Assembly: GCA_002706065.1 (NCBI GenBank)
Contig: PAJM01000017.1
Span: 77,044 to 141,043 of the forward strand
Length of the DNA: 64,000 bases
Source: Methanobacteriota archaeon
GTDB taxonomy: Archaea; Thermoplasmatota; Poseidoniia; Poseidoniales; Poseidoniaceae
Direction of reading: 5' to 3'
The translations under genes were made by a program, and so were the position numbers. The notes under the pieces are model-generated. The model was given only the letters and a program-made list of their open reading frames with translations. It searched no databases and was not told where the DNA came from. Every line of letters begins with the position of its first letter. The stretch's first letter is position 1. Positions 18,168 to 27,631 of the stretch are shown in pieces.

Positions 18168-18422
18168 ATGTCAGAAGAGACAACCAAGACTGTCACCACC
18201 GTTCTTCTCATCGTAATTTTCCTCGGCATGATGATCTTCATCGCTATCAGGGCACGGAACAATCGAGAATCGATGTTGAAAGATCGTGCCCCGAAAGTTG
18301 CTGGTGATGATGAACTCGAAGGCGGTGCACGCCATCCGCAGAGATTTGACGAACCGGATGAGGAAGCGCTGGAAGAAATGGCAAAACTCCTCGGTGAAGA
18401 ATCAGACGACGATGAATCCTGA
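18168..18422 (+). CDS. Small single-pass membrane protein with acidic C-terminal tail (hypothetical)
   Basis: Clear TM helix 'VTTVLLIVIFLGMMIFIAI' followed by a D/E-rich tail. No recognisable family. Confidence 0.4.
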   Translation: MSEETTKTVTTVLLIVIFLGMMIFIAIRARNNRESMLKDRAPKVAGDDELEGGARHPQRFDEPDEEALEEMAKLLGEESDDDES

Positions 18423-19034
18423 TTCCTCAAGTCGCACGTCGTTACGCTTACCATCTGTGTCGAGATGAATGATGTTTCTTTGGCCAGAATAAAGTCCCCA
18501 TATTTCGAAAGTCTCATTCTTGAAGACAGATTCTGAACGAGCTCGAAACGCTTCATTCGAACCAGAAACATCAGTTCCTGACTTAGAGATCAACAACAAT
18601 GTCGTTTCTGTACCTATCCGTTGTGCGAGGTCAAGCACTGCGGTTATGTGCTCCTTCTCAATTCGACCTGTCGGAGAACACCAATCGTCGAGAACAACCA
18701 ATCCAACTCGAGGTAAACTCTGTTCAGCTTCGACAATGGCATCGACGCATCGATCCATTGCACCAATGAGATTTAGAGCATGAAACCGACTTGATTCTAC
18801 GATGTTTAACGAAGAAAACAATTGAGAAAATCGTGTTGCATTTGGCATTTCAGGAGACGCCCACAACACACGACCTCCAGATTGGATTTGATCGACTGCA
18901 CAATGAAGCCCAAAAGTCGTCCCACCGCAACCACCTTGAACAGAAAGATGAATTCTTTTGCCAGTCAAATCCATCGACCAACGCTTCGCCATGTCCCGTG
19001 GTAGAAGTCTTATGATTTGATTTCGTTTGTGCAC
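18402..19034 (-). CDS. RecA-superfamily (KaiC/RadB-like) protein with degenerate P-loop
   Basis: RecA-like layout: P-loop position 'VQGGCGGTTFG' (no Lys), 'GGRVLWASPE', Walker-B-like 'VGLVVLDDW', 'TLLLISKSG'. 210 aa. Confidence 0.5.
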   Translation of the reverse strand: MHKRNQIIRLLPRDMAKRWSMDLTGKRIHLSVQGGCGGTTFGLHCAVDQIQSGGRVLWASPEMPNATRFSQLFSSLNIVESSRFHALNLIGAMDRCVDAIVEAEQSLPRVGLVVLDDWCSPTGRIEKEHITAVLDLAQRIGTETTLLLISKSGTDVSGSNEAFRARSESVFKNETFEIWGLYSGQRNIIHLDTDGKRNDVRLEESGFIVV

Positions 19035-19067
19035 AATGCTCTTGACCTATCTCTCCGTGGTCATGTC

Positions 19068-19283
19068 ATGAGCGGAGAGGTGCGGAAAGGCGAACGAATC
19101 CCCCGACGTAAGGCTCCTCCATACGAAGAAGCTGACGGATTTGGACAAGCCGTCGCCCGTGATGGTTTCCTTGCAACCGCCATTAACGATACCAATCAAT
19201 ACGGACCTATCGGCATGATGATTCTACTCTTCATCGTCGCAACCATAACTGGTGCCGCCATCAAATTGCTTGAATCTCTTTGA
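19068..19283 (+). CDS. Small tail-anchored membrane protein (hypothetical)
   Basis: ORF 19017..19283, with likely start at ATG 19068 ('MSGEVRKGE'). It has a C-terminal TM helix 'IGMMILLFIVATITGAAI'. Confidence 0.35.
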   Translation: MSGEVRKGERIPRRKAPPYEEADGFGQAVARDGFLATAINDTNQYGPIGMMILLFIVATITGAAIKLLESL

Positions 19284-19368
19284 TGGCATTCTCGATTTGC
19301 CATACAAATCGTGTTGGAAGTGATTCCATGAGCGATATCTTCAAACCAATTCCAGCAAAGTCTCGAGC

Positions 19369-19833
19369 ATGAGTGAAGGTTCCGTCAACGTTGAAAGCCG
19401 TACCTCATCACAAGACAAACGATGGACGATCATGGCAGCCTTGCTTGGGACAAATACAGCCATCATGTTGTTTCAAGGCATCGAACAAGAGGCGAACCCG
19501 ACACAGATTCGAGAAGTCGCCCTCACCATTATTGCTGCAACACTGCCATTTCAAGCGATTTACTTCCTCATTTACACGTTCCTTCTCGAGAACAATGGAA
19601 GCCTCAGTAGCCACATGGTAAAGAAATTGAAAACTGCATCCAATATCTGTCAATTGTTTGCGTATCTCTCTTTGGTGGGTGTTGCGATGTTGTGGTACAA
19701 TCTTTCAATTTACGTTGGAGTTGTCTTCCTTATGTCGACCGTTTTTGCAATGATTCTTGTTCGATATGCCATGACCACCGATGAGGAATCTCGGGATGAA
19801 ATGATGGCGAGTGGCCATGAGCAAGGTTCATGA
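19369..19833 (+). CDS. Integral membrane protein (hypothetical, ~4 TM)
   Basis: Several hydrophobic helices ('WTIMAALLGTNTAIMLF', 'VALTIIAATLPFQAIYFLIY', 'ICQLFAYLSLVGVAMLW', 'YVGVVFLMSTVFAMILV'). No family recognised. Confidence 0.45.
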   Translation: MSEGSVNVESRTSSQDKRWTIMAALLGTNTAIMLFQGIEQEANPTQIREVALTIIAATLPFQAIYFLIYTFLLENNGSLSSHMVKKLKTASNICQLFAYLSLVGVAMLWYNLSIYVGVVFLMSTVFAMILVRYAMTTDEESRDEMMASGHEQGS

Positions 19834-19855
19834 AGCCTCTCTTTGACCGAATACT

Positions 19856-21214
19856 ATGGCGTTCTGCCCACTGGATTATCGCTACGGCTCTCAAGATTTC
19901 AAACACATATGGTCCGAATCAGGTCGTCACGAGCGCCAACTGGAAGTCGAACGCGCTCTGATTTGGGCACATTGGCAACTGGGGAGAGTATCCGAAGATG
20001 ACTACAAGGCAGTTGCTGCGATTTCCAATCCTGAATCCGTTCGCAAAGAGCGTGTTTCCGAAATTGAAGCAGAAACACGACATGACATCATGGCGTTGAC
20101 AAAGGCTATGGCTGAAGCTGCGGGAGATGCTGGTTGGTGCATTCATTTGGGTGCGACATCAAACGACATCGTTGATACCGCCGTAGCGCTACAACTTCGT
20201 GACAGCATTGTGATGTTGAGAGAACAACTGTGTTTGCTGATCGGCGTTTGTGCTGATGTCGCCGAACGTGAGCGAGATACGGTTATGCTCGGTCGAACCC
20301 ACGGTCAGGCAGCAGTTCCGATTACCTTCGGACTCAAAGCAGCCGTTTGGCTCGATGAATTGCGAAGACAACTCATTCGCTTGGACGAATGCACGCCCCG
20401 GATTGCCGTTGGAAAGTTCCTCGGAGCAGTTGGAACTGGTGCTGCACAAGGCCACAATGCCCGAGAATTGCAGCGACTGATTTTGACTCATCTTGGACTC
20501 GGCGTGCCACTCGCAACAACACAGGTTGTTGGTCGAGATCGCTATGTTGAATACGTCTCTTGGTTGGCAAACATTGCTACCAGTTGTGAAAAGATATTGC
20601 AAGAAATTCGCAACCTACAACGTTCAGAACTCGCAGAGGCGGGAGAAGGATTTGACGTGAAGAAACAAGTAGGATCTTCGACTATGGCTCACAAGAAAAA
20701 TCCAATCAAATCCGAAAACGCATCAGGTCTTGCGCGAATTGTAAGATCATTCATCATTCCTACCTATGAAAATGCTCTACTGTGGCATGAAAGGGACCTG
20801 GCCAATTCAAGCAGTGAACGATTCACGCTTTCTCATGGAAGTTCGTTGTGTGAGGATGTTATCTCGAAAACACGACAAGTGCTTACGAATATGTGGGTCG
20901 ATGCTGAGCGTTGTTTGGAGAACATACGTGCGCAGCGTGGCTTGGTAATGGCAGAGAAAGTCATGATCGATCTCGTTGACCGAGGGATTCCAAGAGACGA
21001 GGCTCATGAAATTCTTCGAGAAGCATCATTTGCAGCAGTTGCAAACAAAGAGGAACTGATCGATGTTTGCAGTCGAACGCCGGCCATTTCCGCCGCCTTC
21101 AGTGCTGAAGAATTGGAAGCGATGTTTGAACCGAGCAATCACATTGGCGTCTCTGGTGAATTGGTTGACGAGGCGGTTGCGCTTGCTCGTGCAGCGATTC
21201 AGTCCACAGAGTGA
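19856..21214 (+). CDS. purB: Adenylosuccinate lyase
   Basis: 'HLGATSNDIVDTA' and the fumarate-lyase signature 'GSSTMAHKKNP'. 452 aa. Confidence 0.95.
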   Translation: MAFCPLDYRYGSQDFKHIWSESGRHERQLEVERALIWAHWQLGRVSEDDYKAVAAISNPESVRKERVSEIEAETRHDIMALTKAMAEAAGDAGWCIHLGATSNDIVDTAVALQLRDSIVMLREQLCLLIGVCADVAERERDTVMLGRTHGQAAVPITFGLKAAVWLDELRRQLIRLDECTPRIAVGKFLGAVGTGAAQGHNARELQRLILTHLGLGVPLATTQVVGRDRYVEYVSWLANIATSCEKILQEIRNLQRSELAEAGEGFDVKKQVGSSTMAHKKNPIKSENASGLARIVRSFIIPTYENALLWHERDLANSSSERFTLSHGSSLCEDVISKTRQVLTNMWVDAERCLENIRAQRGLVMAEKVMIDLVDRGIPRDEAHEILREASFAAVANKEELIDVCSRTPAISAAFSAEELEAMFEPSNHIGVSGELVDEAVALARAAIQSTE

Positions 21215-21855
21215 ATCAGAAATACGCCTCTACTTGCAGAATACTGTTCACGACCGCTCACGTTTAGTGAACGATTCCATATTGGCCCACCCACTACGAA
21301 GGTTTCGTATTCTCCACCCTCTCCATCGACGTTGAATCTGTACCGTGTCGACAATTGTTCAAGTATGTCAAGTGAGGGTTTGGTGAGTACGCTTCCAAGC
21401 CATGTGTGGTCCAGACCTTCGCATGAAACAGACGTGATCATAATTTCAAATCCGGAGGCAATCATTCCACGGAGATGCTCGATCGGAGTCTGGTGCCAAA
21501 GCGGTGCAAAGGAATGCAAGTCAAGGCGATGACACATGCACTCCAATCGCTGTTTCTGAAAGTCTGATCGAAGTGCTCCGCTTACAATCGCATCGATGTT
21601 GAGTTTGGACAAAGCACCTTCGAGCGAGTGAATTTCATCATCAACTGTGCCCGATGCAGCGACATTTATCCATGGTACTTGTGCAAGTTCTGCTTGTTTC
21701 TTCACCCATTGAGTTGATGGAACTTGGAACATATGAGAATCTCCGTCCTCGATGTCCACGGTCACTACAGCGACAACGTCCCATCCTCGACACATCGCCC
21801 ACCACCATGCTGCAGAGGAGTCTTTTCCCCCCGAGCTCAGGACTGCGATTCGCAT
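21199..21855 (-). CDS. dph6: Diphthine-ammonia ligase-like ATP pyrophosphatase (MJ0570/Dph6 family)
   Basis: PP-loop 'MRIAVLSSGGKDSSAA' and an MJ0570-like length of 218 aa. aEF-2 in this window carries the diphthamide-site motif 'DAIHRG'. Confidence 0.8.
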   Translation of the reverse strand: MRIAVLSSGGKDSSAAWWWAMCRGWDVVAVVTVDIEDGDSHMFQVPSTQWVKKQAELAQVPWINVAASGTVDDEIHSLEGALSKLNIDAIVSGALRSDFQKQRLECMCHRLDLHSFAPLWHQTPIEHLRGMIASGFEIMITSVSCEGLDHTWLGSVLTKPSLDILEQLSTRYRFNVDGEGGEYETFVVGGPIWNRSLNVSGREQYSASRGVFLIHSVD

Positions 21856-21936
21856 AAACCACCCAAGAACTTCAACTTCATGAGATTAAGGGAAAACAAG
21901 CCAAGTGTTCAAATGGGTCCTTCAAGTGGAATGGTT

Positions 21937-21957
21937 AGGGTGGTGGTGCATCACCCT
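21937..21957. promoter_or_regulatory. 9-bp-stem inverted repeat in the dph6/psmA divergent intergenic region
   Basis: AGGGTGGTG-GTG-CATCACCCT: 9 pairs including one G:T, with a 3-nt loop. It lies ~40 nt upstream of the psmA ATG, next to 'CATAAAG'. Confidence 0.3.
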
Positions 21958-21995
21958 CATAAAGCGTCGAGGACGAGAAGGAATTGGTGAGATAA

Positions 21996-22718
21996 ATGCA
22001 ACCGAGTGGAAGAGGATACGATCATGGAATTACGACATTCAGCCCAGACGGACGATTGTTCCAAGTTGAATACGCTCGAGAGTCAGTCAAGCGTGGGACA
22101 ACCACTGCAGGATTGAAGTTCAAAGAAGGAGTTGTACTCGTTTGCGACAAGCGTATTGCATCTCGACTCATCATCCCTGAATCGATCGAAAAGATGTTCA
22201 AAATTGACGAGCATGTCGGTGTTGCAACGTCTGGATTGGTTGCTGATGCACGGCAACTCGTCGCACGAGCGCGGGTTGAATCGCAGATTAACAGAATCAC
22301 ATACGCTGACACAGTGCCTGTTGACGTTCTTGTCAAGAAAATCTGTGACTTCAAGCAATCCTTCACTCAGTACGGAGGATCCCGTCCATTTGGTACAGCT
22401 CTTCTTATTGGTGGCGTTGATGATGAAGGAATCCATCTGTACGAAACCGATCCATCAGGTGCTTACCAGTCCTACCATGCTGGAGCCATCGGAAGCAACC
22501 GCAATACTGTTATCGAATACTTCGAAAAGAATTGGAAGAAAGGCATGACCCTCAATGCTGCTATGAAAATGGGACTCGAAGCCCTTCGCTCTGCCAACGA
22601 CACCGAATTGAACCGTGACGCTGTCGAAGTTGTCGTCGTTGATGGCAACGGATACCGTATCCTTGACCGTGGAGAAGTCAACAAACAACTTGATCGTCTC
22701 AAGCCTCTTGAAGACTGA
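21996..22718 (+). CDS. psmA: Proteasome subunit alpha
   Basis: 'YDHGITTFSPDGRLFQVEYA' alpha-subunit signature. An SD-like GGTGA lies at 21986-21990. Confidence 0.95.
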   Translation: MQPSGRGYDHGITTFSPDGRLFQVEYARESVKRGTTTAGLKFKEGVVLVCDKRIASRLIIPESIEKMFKIDEHVGVATSGLVADARQLVARARVESQINRITYADTVPVDVLVKKICDFKQSFTQYGGSRPFGTALLIGGVDDEGIHLYETDPSGAYQSYHAGAIGSNRNTVIEYFEKNWKKGMTLNAAMKMGLEALRSANDTELNRDAVEVVVVDGNGYRILDRGEVNKQLDRLKPLED

Positions 22719-22755
22719 GAAGTCAGGTCATTGTTTGTACACTTGAGGTGACCAA

Positions 22756-23448
22756 ATGGTCAGTCTCGACAACGCCGTACTTGCACGTCTTGAAAAAGGT
22801 GGGAAACGCTACGAAGCCCTGGTTGATCCAGACCTCGTCGAACAATGGAAACAGGATTCATCCAACATCGAACTTGACGATTTTATGGCCATGGACGAAA
22901 TATTTCACGATGCAAGAGGTGGAGAACGCCCAACCGAAGACGCTCTCATGAATGCATTCCAAACGCTGGATGTTGAAGTGATTCTCAACATTATTTTAGA
23001 AAAAGGTTCCATTCAACTTACAACTGCACAACGCAAAGCGCGAGTCGAAAACATTCGACAGCAAATCATTCATCACATCCACAGCCAAGCCATTGACCCA
23101 AAGAGCAAGTCTCCGCACCCACGAACCCGAATCGAATTGGCACTTGAGGAATCAAAATACTCGGTCGATCCATTCAAACGTCTTGAAGTGCAAGTCAAAG
23201 ATGCAATTGCAAAGCTCAAGCCACTGATTCCGTTGAGTTTTGAGTCCGTGCGATTAGCATTCAGAATTCCAGGAAGTGCATACGGAAGCGTTAGCCAACT
23301 CTTACGGACATATCAACAGAAAGAAGGTTGGCTAGAAAACGGAGACTGGGCCTGTGTTATCGAAATTCCAGCTGGAATGAAAGGCGATATAATCGGCCAG
23401 GTTCTCAAGCGAGCCAACAACGCAGAAGTCAAGGAATTGTCCTCTTGA
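22756..23448 (+). CDS. sdo1: Ribosome maturation protein SBDS/Sdo1
   Basis: 'MVSLDNAVLARLEKGGKRYEALVDPDL' is a typical archaeal SBDS N-terminus. The gene occupies the expected position in the exosome superoperon. Confidence 0.9.
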   Translation: MVSLDNAVLARLEKGGKRYEALVDPDLVEQWKQDSSNIELDDFMAMDEIFHDARGGERPTEDALMNAFQTLDVEVILNIILEKGSIQLTTAQRKARVENIRQQIIHHIHSQAIDPKSKSPHPRTRIELALEESKYSVDPFKRLEVQVKDAIAKLKPLIPLSFESVRLAFRIPGSAYGSVSQLLRTYQQKEGWLENGDWACVIEIPAGMKGDIIGQVLKRANNAEVKELSS

Positions 23449-23472
23449 CAAAAGGGTGCCCTTTATCATGGG

Positions 23473-24189
23473 ATGTCGAGTGGGCGGTTTGGAGAGAAAA
23501 GTATGTCCGAAGGTCAAGTTGGCGCCGAGCAGCGCCTCGTGACCCCGGGAATGGTCATTGGGCCATCGTCCGGGAAGCGAGCAGGGTCAGGTACGATCAC
23601 TGAAAATAATGAATTCATTGCCACCCGAGTTGGCTGGCTTAACGAACAGAACAATGTCGTTTCTGTGTCACCGATTAATAGTGCCTACATGCCACGTTCC
23701 GGCGACCTCATCATTGGTTTTGTTGCCGAAGTTCGAAACAATCTCTGGTTCTTTGATGTCAACGGACCATTCCAAGCACTCCTGCCAATGTCCTTGGCGC
23801 CATGGAAAGTTGAATTTGGTTCAACTCGCAAGCATCTTGGCATCGGAGATGCTGCACTTGCACGCATTCAAGAAGTCGATGAAACACACAACATGGTGCT
23901 AACCATGAAGGGTGTCGGTCTTCGTCGACTCAACGAAGGAACTGTTGTGTCAGTTCCTGTAAACTTAATCGATACATTGCGTGGTGAAAACAACGCCATG
24001 CTAAGCAGAATCCGAGATGCAACGGATTGCAGAATCATCGTTGCAGACAACGGACGAGTCTGGATTCATGGAGGAGCTGACGAAATGCGAATCGCACGAG
24101 ACCTGATTCAAACTCTCAACAAAGAGGGGCACAAAAATACATTCGAACATGCTGTACAAGCACTAGAAAACGAACGAGGTGAACAATAA
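23473..24189 (+). CDS. rrp4: Exosome complex RNA-binding subunit Rrp4
   Basis: N-terminal domain plus S1 ('[25 protein letters not shown]') plus KH-like C-terminus. It sits directly upstream of rrp41. Confidence 0.85.
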   Translation: MSSGRFGEKSMSEGQVGAEQRLVTPGMVIGPSSGKRAGSGTITENNEFIATRVGWLNEQNNVVSVSPINSAYMPRSGDLIIGFVAEVRNNLWFFDVNGPFQALLPMSLAPWKVEFGSTRKHLGIGDAALARIQEVDETHNMVLTMKGVGLRRLNEGTVVSVPVNLIDTLRGENNAMLSRIRDATDCRIIVADNGRVWIHGGADEMRIARDLIQTLNKEGHKNTFEHAVQALENERGEQ

Positions 24190-24917
24190 TGGGTGGATAT
24201 GGAGACGTAAAACTACTACGAGATGACGGAAAACGACTTGATGGTCGAGCAATCGATGAGATGCGACCAGTAACAATTGAAGCAGGAATTTTGCCTGCAG
24301 CAGATGGTTCTGCAATGGTCACACATGGACTGAATGTCGCAGTTGCTGCGGTCTATGGCCCAATGGAAGCACATCCAAGAAAGATTCAACGACAGGACCG
24401 TGCCGTTATCGATGTTCGATACAATATGGCACCGTTCTCAACTGGTGATCGAATCCGTCCAGGATTCAACCGAAGAAGTCGTGAAATCTCCAAGGTTACC
24501 GCCGAGGCCCTCGAATCAGTTGTTCTCGTCGAGCGGTATCCTCGCTCGAAAATCCGAGTTGAAATTGAAATCTTAGCGGCAGAGGCTGGTACTCGATGTG
24601 CTGGAATTACCGCTGCATCTGTTGCTCTTGCTGACGCAGGAATTCCAATGCGAGACATGATTGTTGGAGTTGCTTCTGGAAAGATTGAGGATACAGTAGT
24701 TCTAGACTTGGATAAAGCAGAGGACAACTACGGTCAAGCAGACTTGCCGGTCGGTCTCCTTCCAAACACTGGTGAAATTGCATTCTTGCAAATGGATGGA
24801 GATTTATCGATCGATGAATACAACCTCGCCATGGAATACAACTTCAAAGCCGCAAGTGAAATTCATGAGGTCATGGTCGATGCTCTAAAGCGTCGATACG
24901 AAGGAGGTGAAGCCTGA
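24189..24917 (+). CDS. rrp41: Exosome complex exonuclease Rrp41 (RNase PH fold)
   Basis: '[27 protein letters not shown]'. The start shares 1 nt with the rrp4 stop (TAATG). Confidence 0.9.
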   Translation: MGGYGDVKLLRDDGKRLDGRAIDEMRPVTIEAGILPAADGSAMVTHGLNVAVAAVYGPMEAHPRKIQRQDRAVIDVRYNMAPFSTGDRIRPGFNRRSREISKVTAEALESVVLVERYPRSKIRVEIEILAAEAGTRCAGITAASVALADAGIPMRDMIVGVASGKIEDTVVLDLDKAEDNYGQADLPVGLLPNTGEIAFLQMDGDLSIDEYNLAMEYNFKAASEIHEVMVDALKRRYEGGEA

Positions 24918-25702
24918 TGGTTGAACTCGTTCCTTCCCTCCTTCGACAAGAACTCAATCGCTTAGCCGAAGATGGACAACGTATTGATGGTCGAGGACAG
25001 TTTGATGGTCGAGACGTTCACCTTGAGGTTGATTGCCTCTACAACGCAGAAGGATCTGCGAAGGTCGTCTGGGGCGATACCATCATCTACGCTGGTGTCA
25101 AGTTTGAAATTCGAACCCCCTGGCCAGACCGACCAACGCAAGGTTCACTCATGTGTGGTGCTGAACTACGACCAGTCGCTCACCGAAAATATGAGCCCGG
25201 ACCACCGTCACCTGATTCTATTGAACTCGGCCGTGTTGTTGATCGTGGCATTCGTGAATCCGGATGCATCGACATGGACAAACTCTGCATCGTCCCTGGT
25301 GAGAAGGTATGGGGTGTCATGATTGACATTCACGTTCTTTCCGATGGTGGCAACATCTTCGATGCTGCGGGTCTCGCAGCAATCGCAGCGCTTCGTACAG
25401 CAGTCGTACCAGCAGAACGATTCGACGTTGGAGAAGATTACACTCTGAATGTCAACGGAACACCAATCATGGCATCGTTCAAACGTGCTGGCGGACGGTT
25501 TGTTTACGACCCAAGTGAAGAAGAGGAACTTGGCGGCGACGAGCGAATTCACATCACTCTTGGTGACGAAGGACATCTCCATTCCCTACAGAAGGGCCTA
25601 AAAGGAGTCTTCACTCCGGACGAATTTGCCGAGATTCTTGCGGTCGCCGAACAGAAGTGCAGTGAACTAAGAAAAATGGTAGCAGAAAAGGAGGGGAACT
25701 GA
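24917..25702 (+). CDS. rrp42: Exosome complex subunit Rrp42 (RNase PH fold)
   Basis: 'RIDGRGQFDGRDVHLEVDCLYNAEGSA'. The start shares 1 nt with the rrp41 stop (TGATG). Confidence 0.9.
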   Translation: MVELVPSLLRQELNRLAEDGQRIDGRGQFDGRDVHLEVDCLYNAEGSAKVVWGDTIIYAGVKFEIRTPWPDRPTQGSLMCGAELRPVAHRKYEPGPPSPDSIELGRVVDRGIRESGCIDMDKLCIVPGEKVWGVMIDIHVLSDGGNIFDAAGLAAIAALRTAVVPAERFDVGEDYTLNVNGTPIMASFKRAGGRFVYDPSEEEELGGDERIHITLGDEGHLHSLQKGLKGVFTPDEFAEILAVAEQKCSELRKMVAEKEGN

Positions 25703-26059
25703 TTGGCAAAGCGAACCCAGAAAGCAAAGGCAACAGCACGATTCGGAGCACGATACGGTGTTAGCGTTCGTCGAAATGCAGGCAGTGCTCTGGCCAAGAA
25801 GAATGCCAAATACATCTGTCCAGTATGCCACTACCGCAAGGTTGTTCGAAAATCCGTTGGAATTTGGAACTGCGCAAAATGTGACCACACCTTTGCAGGT
25901 GGCGCTTGGGAACCATTTACCCGAGCAAGCGATGCAAACTCCCGTATTCTCCGACGATCGGTGGAAGGTGCTACAACAGCAGACATGGCATTCATTGCCC
26001 AACAAGCTGCTCTTGACTTCGAGCGCAAGGCCGACGAAGACACTTCTGAAGAAGAGTGA
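25703..26059 (+). CDS. rpl37ae: 50S ribosomal protein L37Ae with ~30-aa acidic C-terminal extension
   Basis: 'AKRTQKAKATARFGARYG' and zinc ribbon 'CPVCHYRKVVRKSVGIWNCAKCDHTFAGGAW'. TTG start immediately after the rrp42 stop. Confidence 0.9.
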   Translation: MAKRTQKAKATARFGARYGVSVRRNAGSALAKKNAKYICPVCHYRKVVRKSVGIWNCAKCDHTFAGGAWEPFTRASDANSRILRRSVEGATTADMAFIAQQAALDFERKADEDTSEEE

Positions 26060-26331
26060 GAGCCATGGCGGTGACGCCCTTCTCGCTTGTTTGCACCATC
26101 GAACGTGCGAATGTTGCTGATGCTCGAGCAATGCGAGACTCCCTTATGTCTGAAACCGATAGTTTCTCAATTGATGACAAGAGGTTTTCATTTCGACTTG
26201 ATGAGGCGAACGCTAAGGATTTGCGAGCCATGTGGAACACACGGATTCGTGGGTTGATTGCGGCAGATGAAATTCTACAGGCGATTCGAACCGCAGGTTC
26301 TTCAACCAAAGACAACTCGAACGACGTATGA
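26056..26331 (+). CDS. pcc1: KEOPS subunit Pcc1-like protein (putative)
   Basis: ~90-aa protein with Pcc1-like blocks 'ADARAMRDSLMSE' and 'LRAMWNTRIRGLIAADEIL'. It lies between L37Ae and prefoldin beta, a context I recall for archaeal pcc1. The start is either GTG 26056 or ATG 26065. Confidence 0.55.
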   Translation: MRAMAVTPFSLVCTIERANVADARAMRDSLMSETDSFSIDDKRFSFRLDEANAKDLRAMWNTRIRGLIAADEILQAIRTAGSSTKDNSNDV

Positions 26332-26642
26332 GCACCGTTGAACAACTCCAGGTCGTTGTTTCAGAAGTCCAGAATGCACGACATCAAGTTGCAACTGTTC
26401 GAGCACAATTGCAAGAACTCGAAACAACCATCATCGCCGTAGAAAATCATCCAGAAGGGATGGCATTGCATCGACAACTCGGTGGAGTTTTGGTTGAAGT
26501 TGATAACAAGGGCGAATTAATAGAAGAACTCAAAACAACCCATACAACGCTTTCCGAACACGCTGAACGATTAGCAGAGCATGAAGCAAAACTTGTTGCA
26601 GCATACGAAGAACTCAAGAAATCGCTTGAGGGAGAGGTTTGA
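26328..26642 (+). CDS. pfdB: Prefoldin subunit beta
   Basis: 104-aa coiled-coil/beta-hairpin/coiled-coil layout ('LQELETTIIAVENHPEG..LHRQLGGVLVEVDNKGELIEELK'). ATGA overlap with the upstream gene. Confidence 0.8.
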   Translation: MSTVEQLQVVVSEVQNARHQVATVRAQLQELETTIIAVENHPEGMALHRQLGGVLVEVDNKGELIEELKTTHTTLSEHAERLAEHEAKLVAAYEELKKSLEGEV

Positions 26643-27631
26643 GCGAGAATCGACAGGACATTACTGCGATGAAGCAATGGCTCGATGAAGCCATTGAACG
26701 TGGTGCAGTTCCTGTCCTTGCTGGTCAAAATGGGGACATGGATACGATTGGTTCAGCCATCGCTCTTGCTTCGATCCATCCATCATTGCTTGCATGTGGA
26801 CTCCACATCGGACGAGTTGCAAAAAGAATGGTTACGGAACTCAACGCACCCTTTCGCAAAATTGCAGCCACAGGGACCGTTTTTCCTGACCAACTTGGTG
26901 GTATTGTCATCGTCGATGCTGCTGCACCTGACCAAGTGGGTATCGACTTACCTAACGTTCCAAAATTGATTCTTGACCACCATGCAACAAACGGTTGGGA
27001 ACTTACTGAAGGAGATTGTATGCTGAAGTGGGATGTTCGTGCGACGACTGAAATGGTTGCAACATACATGTTTGAACACGCCAACGAGGCAATGACAGAT
27101 TCAGTCCGAAAGATGCTTTTGGCCGGAATGATCACCGATACAGGCTGTTACAAGCATGCGGATTCAAGTTCCTTTGAAATTACCACCCAACTGCTCAACG
27201 ATGCTGACATCGATTATGCTGAATTCTGTGAACACATCGAGCGAGAGGAAACATCACCTTCTGAACGTGGTAGTCTTTTGCGTGGATTAAGCAGAACAAA
27301 ACACCACGACGCCGGTGATTGGAGTCTTGTGACCACCTATGCTGGAACTCTTGAAGGTCGACTTGCGTCGTTGTTGCTTGGTACAGGATGCGATGTTTCC
27401 CTTGTCTCTCGACATCGTGAAGGTCAGACCCGATTAACCGCACGAGCGACACGAAAGGCAACCCAGCGAGGTGTTCATCTTGGTTCGATCATGCAAACGA
27501 TTGCCGAACAACATGGAGGTGATGGCGGCGGTCATGATGGAGCGGCAGGATGGACAGGAACTGTTGATCGAGTTCGAGCAGAATCCGCATTCATTGCACA
27601 GTTGACGTTGCAACAGAAGGTGAAACGATGA
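26639..27631 (+). CDS. DHH/DHHA1 phosphoesterase (NrnA-like nanoRNase/pAp phosphatase type)
   Basis: Motifs 'GDMDTIGSAIAL', 'VIVDAA', 'LDHHATN' and the DHHA1 'GGGHDGAAG'. 330 aa. TTGA overlap with pfdB. Confidence 0.8.
   Translation: MSENRQDITAMKQWLDEAIERGAVPVLAGQNGDMDTIGSAIALASIHPSLLACGLHIGRVAKRMVTELNAPFRKIAATGTVFPDQLGGIVIVDAAAPDQVGIDLPNVPKLILDHHATNGWELTEGDCMLKWDVRATTEMVATYMFEHANEAMTDSVRKMLLAGMITDTGCYKHADSSSFEITTQLLNDADIDYAEFCEHIEREETSPSERGSLLRGLSRTKHHDAGDWSLVTTYAGTLEGRLASLLLGTGCDVSLVSRHREGQTRLTARATRKATQRGVHLGSIMQTIAEQHGGDGGGHDGAAGWTGTVDRVRAESAFIAQLTLQQKVKR

Noticed and set aside
21641-21990. ORFs 21641..21862(-), 21654..21857(+) and 21724..21990(+) around the dph6 5' end and the dph6/psmA spacer
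   Set aside because: They overlap the PP-loop-encoding 5' end of dph6 in other frames or on the antisense strand. Their composition is Arg/Pro/Ser-rich and typical of off-frame translation. The part in the spacer is better explained as promoter sequence.
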